This document shows positions 35,526-40,007 of a DNA stretch of 40,007 bases, in pieces; positions within the stretch are counted from its first letter, which is position 1, and each line of letters starts with the position of its first letter. The translations under genes and the position numbers were made by a program. The notes beneath the pieces were generated by a model. That model was not told the origin of the DNA, ran no database searches, and was given only the letters and a program-made list of their open reading frames with translations. The DNA lies in assembly GCA_964015895.1 (NCBI GenBank), contig CAXHFO010000001.1, forward strand, positions 1 through 40,007, in the 5' to 3' direction. The stretch comes from an uncultured Candidatus Poseidoniales archaeon (GTDB lineage Archaea; Thermoplasmatota; Poseidoniia; Poseidoniales; Poseidoniaceae).

Positions 35526-35534
35526 GGTGGTAAA

Positions 35535-36584
35535 ATGTTTGATGCTATTGCACTGGGTAGTGGACTAGTTGGCGAATTTGTCATCAATGAATTAACCAAA
35601 TTAGGCTTTCAAGTTCATGTCATTGACCTTAACATTCCCGATCATGTGAAAAATAATCCACAGGTTAGTTTCCAAGAAGGCGATGTATTTGATCTGTTAA
35701 GTCAAATGCCAGAAGCCAAAATAGCGGTAAACATGCTACCAGGGCGAATAGGTGAGCAAATGCGCACAGTGTTGATTGAAAGTGGCATTGATATTGTTGA
35801 TTTGGCATTTACCGAGCAAGACCCGAGCCAACATGATTCACTTGCTAAAGAAAATTCAGTTAGGATGATTTGGGATGTTGGAATAGCACCAGGACTATCT
35901 AATATGATACTGAAAAAGGAATTTGTAGAAGATGAAAATATTTTATCTGCCACAATCAAAGTTGGCGGCAATCCACAGTCTCCCGATGACACATGGTCAT
36001 ACATGGCTCCATTTTCTCCTTCTGATGTAATAGAAGAATACACTAGGCCAGCAAGAATTTTGGTTGACGGGGAAGTAAAAACAGTTCCAGCGCTGACAGA
36101 AAAGCACTTTATTGAAGTAGATGGCTTTGGTAAAATGGAAGCATTCCTAACAGATGGGCTGAGAAGTCTACTAGTGTCAAATCTTAGTAGAAATATGAAA
36201 GAATACACTGTAAGATGGCCTGGACATATCGCCAAGTGGGTTGAATTAGCGGGTCAATTAACCGAGGAGGAGTTACTTGATGCGTGGAAATTTGATAAAC
36301 AACGTGATGAGTTTACTTGGATGGAAATAGCCGTACATTATGTTGATAAAACTGTAATATGGATAATATCTGATACCGGCAAAGATGGCTTTAGTTCAAT
36401 GGCTAGAAGTACAGGTTTAGTCACAATTGCGTGTTTCCTTGAACTATTTAACAAACCAAATAATCAATCAGCACTTTCACATTCAGGAGTATTCTCTCCA
36501 GAAGATTTAGACACTGAACATATTAATCGAATTATTGATTTTGTCAAAACTAATGGTGTCTCCATTCAACGAATCATCAAATGA
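35535..36584 (+). CDS. Saccharopine dehydrogenase-like NAD(P)-binding oxidoreductase (COG1748-like)
   Basis: N-terminal Rossmann IALGSGLVGEFVINEL...VIDLN, then a C-terminal Sacchrp_dh-like region (GIAPGLSNM). Substrate not inferable. Confidence 0.6.
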   Translation: MFDAIALGSGLVGEFVINELTKLGFQVHVIDLNIPDHVKNNPQVSFQEGDVFDLLSQMPEAKIAVNMLPGRIGEQMRTVLIESGIDIVDLAFTEQDPSQHDSLAKENSVRMIWDVGIAPGLSNMILKKEFVEDENILSATIKVGGNPQSPDDTWSYMAPFSPSDVIEEYTRPARILVDGEVKTVPALTEKHFIEVDGFGKMEAFLTDGLRSLLVSNLSRNMKEYTVRWPGHIAKWVELAGQLTEEELLDAWKFDKQRDEFTWMEIAVHYVDKTVIWIISDTGKDGFSSMARSTGLVTIACFLELFNKPNNQSALSHSGVFSPEDLDTEHINRIIDFVKTNGVSIQRIIK

Positions 36585-36690
36585 TTGTTTCACCACATTC
36601 GGGACATTCTATACCAGGCAGAAATTCACCTAGCATAAAGCCACAATGTGGGCAAAAAGAGCTTATGAAATAAATATCATCGATTACCAA
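36577..36690 (-). CDS. Possible 37-aa zinc-ribbon micro-protein (TTG start); not in the ORF track
   Basis: Manual translation: (M)VIDDIYFISSFCPHCGFMLGEFLPGIECPECGETII with two CPxC knuckles. It starts 11 nt after the HAD gene stop on the same strand. There is no ATG start, so it is tentative. Confidence 0.3.
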   Translation of the reverse strand: MVIDDIYFISSFCPHCGFMLGEFLPGIECPECGETII

Positions 36691-36701
36691 TTTATCATCA
36701 C

Positions 36702-37463
36702 CTAACCATTCATTTTTGCTTTAATTAAATCCAATACCAATGACAAATCTTTCTCTTTGATTACTTCATCACAGTATTTTAGTGGCCTTTCATCCCACGG
36801 ATTGAAGCATATTGCCAAACCAGATTCTTGAAACATCCCAATGTCGCCGGCCGAATCCCCTACAGCAACAGTCTTACTTTTTGCGATATTATAACGCCTT
36901 TGCAACATTTTTACGATTGCTCCTTTGCCATTCATCTGAACTTGATACCTTCCAAAGTCATCTAATTCATACATTCCATTTGCTAATTGATTACCACGTA
37001 ACCAACCATTCGTGAAAACTGATAATTGTGAGTCAAAACCATCACCAAACCGTTCTGCAGTAAATCGGTCAATTCCGCCCCATCTTCTTCTCCATGGCAA
37101 GTTTGAGGGGAATTGCGCTGCGATATCTCTGGCTGTCTGTTGTAAGCCGCCTGAAACAATTACAATCTTTGCACCATCTTTAATCAATTCTGAAATTAAT
37201 AAATGCCAATTTTCCATCATAGGCATTCCTTCCATTAGAGAACGTAATTCAGAATCAGTAATTTTACGATCTTTAATGCTACTTTTTATTAGCGCAATAT
37301 CTAATTTTATCCAATCCCACTCGTTCAAGAGACCTTGATTGTAAAGTTCGAATGATTCATCATTTGAGATGGCTAATTTATCATATACAAATTGCCAAGT
37401 TGAAAGGTGGTCAACCAAGACTCGGTCCATATCCAAACACACTAAATAACGAAAATCCGACAT
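36702..37463 (-). CDS. HAD-superfamily phosphatase (subfamily IB, phosphoserine-phosphatase-like)
   Basis: Motif I CLDMDRVLVD, motif II IVSGGL, motif IV VGDSAGDIGM. Confidence 0.7.
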   Translation of the reverse strand: MSDFRYLVCLDMDRVLVDHLSTWQFVYDKLAISNDESFELYNQGLLNEWDWIKLDIALIKSSIKDRKITDSELRSLMEGMPMMENWHLLISELIKDGAKIVIVSGGLQQTARDIAAQFPSNLPWRRRWGGIDRFTAERFGDGFDSQLSVFTNGWLRGNQLANGMYELDDFGRYQVQMNGKGAIVKMLQRRYNIAKSKTVAVGDSAGDIGMFQESGLAICFNPWDERPLKYCDEVIKEKDLSLVLDLIKAKMNG

Positions 37464-37471
37464 ATTACGGC

Positions 37472-38380
37472 CTACTTATATTGCTTTACATCGGTATTAT
37501 TCCATTTGTATTGGGATTGAATTTGTTCTACTTGTTTGCCCATAATGTAAAGAATTATCGCTACCATCATGGCAAATAGACCAATCAAAGTCATGGCAAT
37601 AGTAGTTAATGTGACACCGATTGAAACAGAATTTAATTCACTAAAAGTATCTACTACATTACCAGATAATTTGTAACCTAAAACAAATAATACTATTCCT
37701 GGGATGCCAAATAGGAATAACGGATGCTTAGTTTCTAGCATCCAGTAAAATAACTGAGCAAACCTTGAGGCTGAGGCTAGAGATTCTCTTTGTGGTAAGT
37801 TCACTAGACCTGAAGATTCAATAACACGTACTTTGAAGTCTGATGAAAAGTTCATTGCGGTAGATAATTCTGTAGAATCAGCTAAACCAAGTAAACCTTT
37901 AGGTGAAAGGAAAAGATGATCTATCTCTAATGAAGAAATTACTAAATCATCTTCATTAATTTTTTCTGCTTTTTCATTTTTGACAAATGAAAAATAAAGG
38001 TCCCATCCTTCCCTCGATCGATTTACAATTACTGGTAATTCCCTTAATTTCCATTCTTGAGTGATAGATATTACTAGGTTACTGTAACCGCTTGAGAGTG
38101 AAGATTTATTAAAAAATTTGGCTAAATCACATGCGTTTAATTGGTCGCCATAATTTAGTACTTGACAACCAAAGTCTTCTGCTAGTTCGATTGTCGAATC
38201 ACTAGAACCAAGATCGACAAAGACCACTTCTTGAGATATCTCTTGTGCTCTAACTAACAACGATATAATCCTGAGTTCAATGTCCCTTCCGACATAAACT
38301 ATCCGCAACTTATCTTCAGTCACGTCCCCTATACCAAACCAATTGAACTTATACCCTGCGTATGATTTCCATACTTTCAC
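37472..38380 (-). CDS. GtrB-like GT2-fold membrane protein with degenerate catalytic motifs
   Basis: Same layout as the other two GT2 genes: a GT-A-like N-domain (VVFVDLGSSDSTIE) plus two C-terminal TMs. It lacks a recognisable PxYNEE and has no acidic DxD at the expected place (NLVISITQEW). Confidence 0.55.
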   Translation of the reverse strand: MKVWKSYAGYKFNWFGIGDVTEDKLRIVYVGRDIELRIISLLVRAQEISQEVVFVDLGSSDSTIELAEDFGCQVLNYGDQLNACDLAKFFNKSSLSSGYSNLVISITQEWKLRELPVIVNRSREGWDLYFSFVKNEKAEKINEDDLVISSLEIDHLFLSPKGLLGLADSTELSTAMNFSSDFKVRVIESSGLVNLPQRESLASASRFAQLFYWMLETKHPLFLFGIPGIVLFVLGYKLSGNVVDTFSELNSVSIGVTLTTIAMTLIGLFAMMVAIILYIMGKQVEQIQSQYKWNNTDVKQYK

Positions 38381-38448
38381 ACATTTTTTGATAGTTTAAT
38401 CAAGCGCCGTTAAGTTATGTTGATGACTATTGACAATTTAGCCCTACC

Positions 38449-39405
38449 ATGCACAATGGATGGCATGTTGGTGTAGTCATCCCCGCCAAAAATGAAGAAT
38501 TATTTATTGGCACAGTTCTTGAGACACTACCAAATTTTGTAGATTCCGTGGTAGTTATCGATGATGGTTCATCTGATGATACTTCAAAAGTAGCTAATAA
38601 ATATCAAGATCAATCGTATAATTTGACGGTTATTCGCCTTGAAGGAAAGGGGGTTGGTGCTGCAATTGATACAGGGCATCTGGAAATGTTGAGAACTTGT
38701 CCAAAACCATTTGTTAGTGCGGTAATGGCTGGTGACGGACAGATGGACCCAGAGGACTTGCTAAGGGTGATTAATCCAATTGTTGAGCAACAATGTGATT
38801 ATGTTAAAGGGAACCGATTTATTCACTCTGAGGGATTAGGTAATATGCCAATAGTTAGAAGATTTGCTAGCCAAATTCTTGCTTTTTTGACAACTCTAGC
38901 CTCAGGCACAGCAGTTAGCGACCCACAATGCGGTTATACCGCAACCAGTCACCAAATTCTCGAAGAGTGGAATTGGGCAAAATCTTGGAAAAAATATGGA
39001 TACCCAAACTATTGGCTAATCGAATTGTCAAAACTCTCATTTAGCGTAATTGAGGTGCCAGTAAAATCGATATACGGAAATGAAAAGTCTAATCTGAAAA
39101 TGCTCAGGTTTCTATTTTCGGTGGGTATCATGATGTTCGTTATGCTCCACAAACGATGTTTGGCAATGCTGTTTAATCGGAATGTTGTGCCACATAGTAT
39201 ATTTTCTTTAGTAGCATATTCAATTGGTTGGATTGCCATTATACCTTCGATAAGTACAGATTTAGAAAGAGAGATTGCCAATAGTACTAGTGGCATATTA
39301 TTCTTAGTAGGAATAAGTTGGATGGCTGCTCATGTCTTTGATAGAATGGCGGTAAAAACAAGAATAGAGTTGAGGAAAAATGCGCAGGCACGACAAACGA
39401 AATAA
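38449..39405 (+). CDS. GT2 polyprenyl-phosphate glycosyltransferase (GtrB/DPM1-like) with C-terminal TMs
   Basis: VVIPAKNEELFIG, VIDDGSSDDTSK, GKGVGAAI and AGDGQMDPEDL, plus C-terminal hydrophobic helices. Confidence 0.8.
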   Translation: MHNGWHVGVVIPAKNEELFIGTVLETLPNFVDSVVVIDDGSSDDTSKVANKYQDQSYNLTVIRLEGKGVGAAIDTGHLEMLRTCPKPFVSAVMAGDGQMDPEDLLRVINPIVEQQCDYVKGNRFIHSEGLGNMPIVRRFASQILAFLTTLASGTAVSDPQCGYTATSHQILEEWNWAKSWKKYGYPNYWLIELSKLSFSVIEVPVKSIYGNEKSNLKMLRFLFSVGIMMFVMLHKRCLAMLFNRNVVPHSIFSLVAYSIGWIAIIPSISTDLEREIANSTSGILFLVGISWMAAHVFDRMAVKTRIELRKNAQARQTK

Positions 39406-39709
39406 ACCACGAAGTGCCCATGTGAGGCACATTCTGGTAGGACATAAACCTGAAGCAAGAGATATCATCGAACAAATTGCTAATGCCAAAAATCCTTTAC
39501 GAATGTTCAAAAAATTAGCCAAGAAATATTCTAATTGCCCTAGTGGGGCCAAAAAAGGTGATTTGGGTGAATTTGTTGAGGGGCAAATGGCAATCGATTT
39601 CGAAAAAGCAGTTTGGGCAACAGATATTGATCAAACTCCTGCTAAATTTGTAAAAACTCAATTTGGCTATCACATAATTTGGGTACACTCAAAGACTGAG
39701 CAACAGTAA
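39380..39709 (+). CDS. Parvulin-type peptidyl-prolyl cis-trans isomerase (PpiC/PinA-like)
   Basis: HVRHILV...SNCPSGAKKGDLGEF...FGYHIIWV is the parvulin rotamase signature. Its start overlaps the GT2 gene by 26 nt. Confidence 0.85.
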   Translation: MRRHDKRNKPRSAHVRHILVGHKPEARDIIEQIANAKNPLRMFKKLAKKYSNCPSGAKKGDLGEFVEGQMAIDFEKAVWATDIDQTPAKFVKTQFGYHIIWVHSKTEQQ

Positions 39710-39711
39710 AA

Positions 39712-39789
39712 TGGTGGGCGTACCAAGATTTGAACTTGGGTCCAAGCGTCCCAAACGCCCGAGTATAGGCCAAACTAACCCATACGCCC
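39712..39789 (-). tRNA. tRNA-Pro (anticodon UGG) with encoded CCA
   Basis: Minus strand: acceptor GGGCGTA/TACGCCC, anticodon stem GGGCG/CGCTT with two G-U pairs, loop TTTGGGA (UGG, G37), T arm CCAAG-TTCAAAT-CTTGG, discriminator A, CCA. The D stem is imperfect (13:22 mismatch). Confidence 0.85.
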
Positions 39790-39823
39790 GTTGTGTTTTG
39801 CCACGACTTCCCTGTTATCAACT

Positions 39824-39963
39824 TCACTCAAGAAATTGCCATAAACCCTCATCCAAACGGAGAATTAATCCTTCAGCCTCTGCCATTTCTAGAAATTCAA
39901 CAACTGATTTTTCAAAACCTTTCTTTGTGAAATTTTTTTGTACTTCTGAAAGTGATAAGACAC
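39824..39963 (-). CDS. C-terminal fragment of a CDS truncated by the contig end (...LSLSEVQKNFTKKGFEKSVVEFLEMAEAEGLILRLDEGLWQFLE)
   Basis: Manual reverse translation is open from the adapter junction to the TGA at 39826..39824. It looks helical and possibly winged-helix-like. No family assigned. Confidence 0.4.
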
Positions 39964-40007
39964 CTGTCTCTTATACACATCTCCGAGCCCACGAGACCGC
40001 TGATAAT
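39964..40007. other. Non-biological: Illumina Nextera (Tn5) adapter, i7/read-2 side
   Basis: Reads CTGTCTCTTATACACATCT | CCGAGCCCACGAGAC | CGCTGATA | AT. These are the mosaic-end complement, the read-2 primer site, an 8-nt index slot and the first 2 nt of the P7 tail. Confidence 0.95.

Noticed and set aside
35702-36235. 177-aa ORF antisense to the saccharopine-dehydrogenase-like gene
   Set aside because: It has Ser/Ile-rich shadow-frame composition, and the sense gene has a Rossmann motif. Its unusual length made it worth a second look, but nothing supports it.
36812-37579. Plus-strand ORFs 36812..37015, 37012..37338 and 37352..37579
   Set aside because: They are antisense to the HAD and GT2-like genes. 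No motifs.
39009-39827. Minus-strand ORFs 39009..39296, 39287..39475, 39304..39552 and 39642..39827
   Set aside because: They are antisense to the GT2 and parvulin genes, and the last one runs through tRNA-Pro.
1-40007. CRISPR arrays, transposases, integrases, toxin-antitoxin pairs, restriction-modification or other defence genes
   Set aside because: I saw no direct-repeat arrays and no ORF with the corresponding catalytic motifs. Accessory content is surface, export and redox related instead.

Overview
This is a gene-dense, AT-rich contig of about 40 kb. Its backbone is clearly archaeal: Cbf5, TruD, Rpo11/RpoL, aEF-1beta with its Zn-ribbon partner, an archaeal-type cytidylate kinase, a DUF106/EMC3-like insertase, an archaeosortase-family protein and an RNase P RNA. 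Giant CARDB surface proteins, MMPL/RND exporters and several bacterial-type accessory enzymes suggest an uncultured marine Thermoplasmatota (Marine Group II/III-like) genome. That assignment is inference only. Both termini (1-45 and 39964-40007) are Illumina Nextera/Tn5 adapter sequence, not biology. I support 41 CDS. Two are truncated by the contig ends and two are small Zn-ribbon ORFs missing from the ORF track. I also support three tRNAs (His-GUG, Lys-CUU, Pro-UGG), all with encoded CCA, and one RNase P RNA that a spurious track ORF overlaps. I saw no CRISPR array, transposase, integrase, rRNA or recognisable defence system. The best candidates for something under-described are as follows. 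(1) A tightly coupled exported redox operon: TlpA-like thioredoxin, then VKOR, then a secreted His-motif protein of unknown function, with a second exported thioredoxin-fold protein nearby. (2) A nickel superoxide dismutase plus its SodX maturation protease in an archaeal context, abutting tRNA-Lys. (3) A DUF106 insertase fused to a polybasic tail and a zinc ribbon. (4) An archaeosortase-family enzyme with no PGF-CTERM-type substrate in the window. (5) GtrB-like glycosyltransferases paired with an RND exporter, plus a catalytically degenerate-looking paralogue. All family calls rest on motifs read by eye from the translations. No searches were run.
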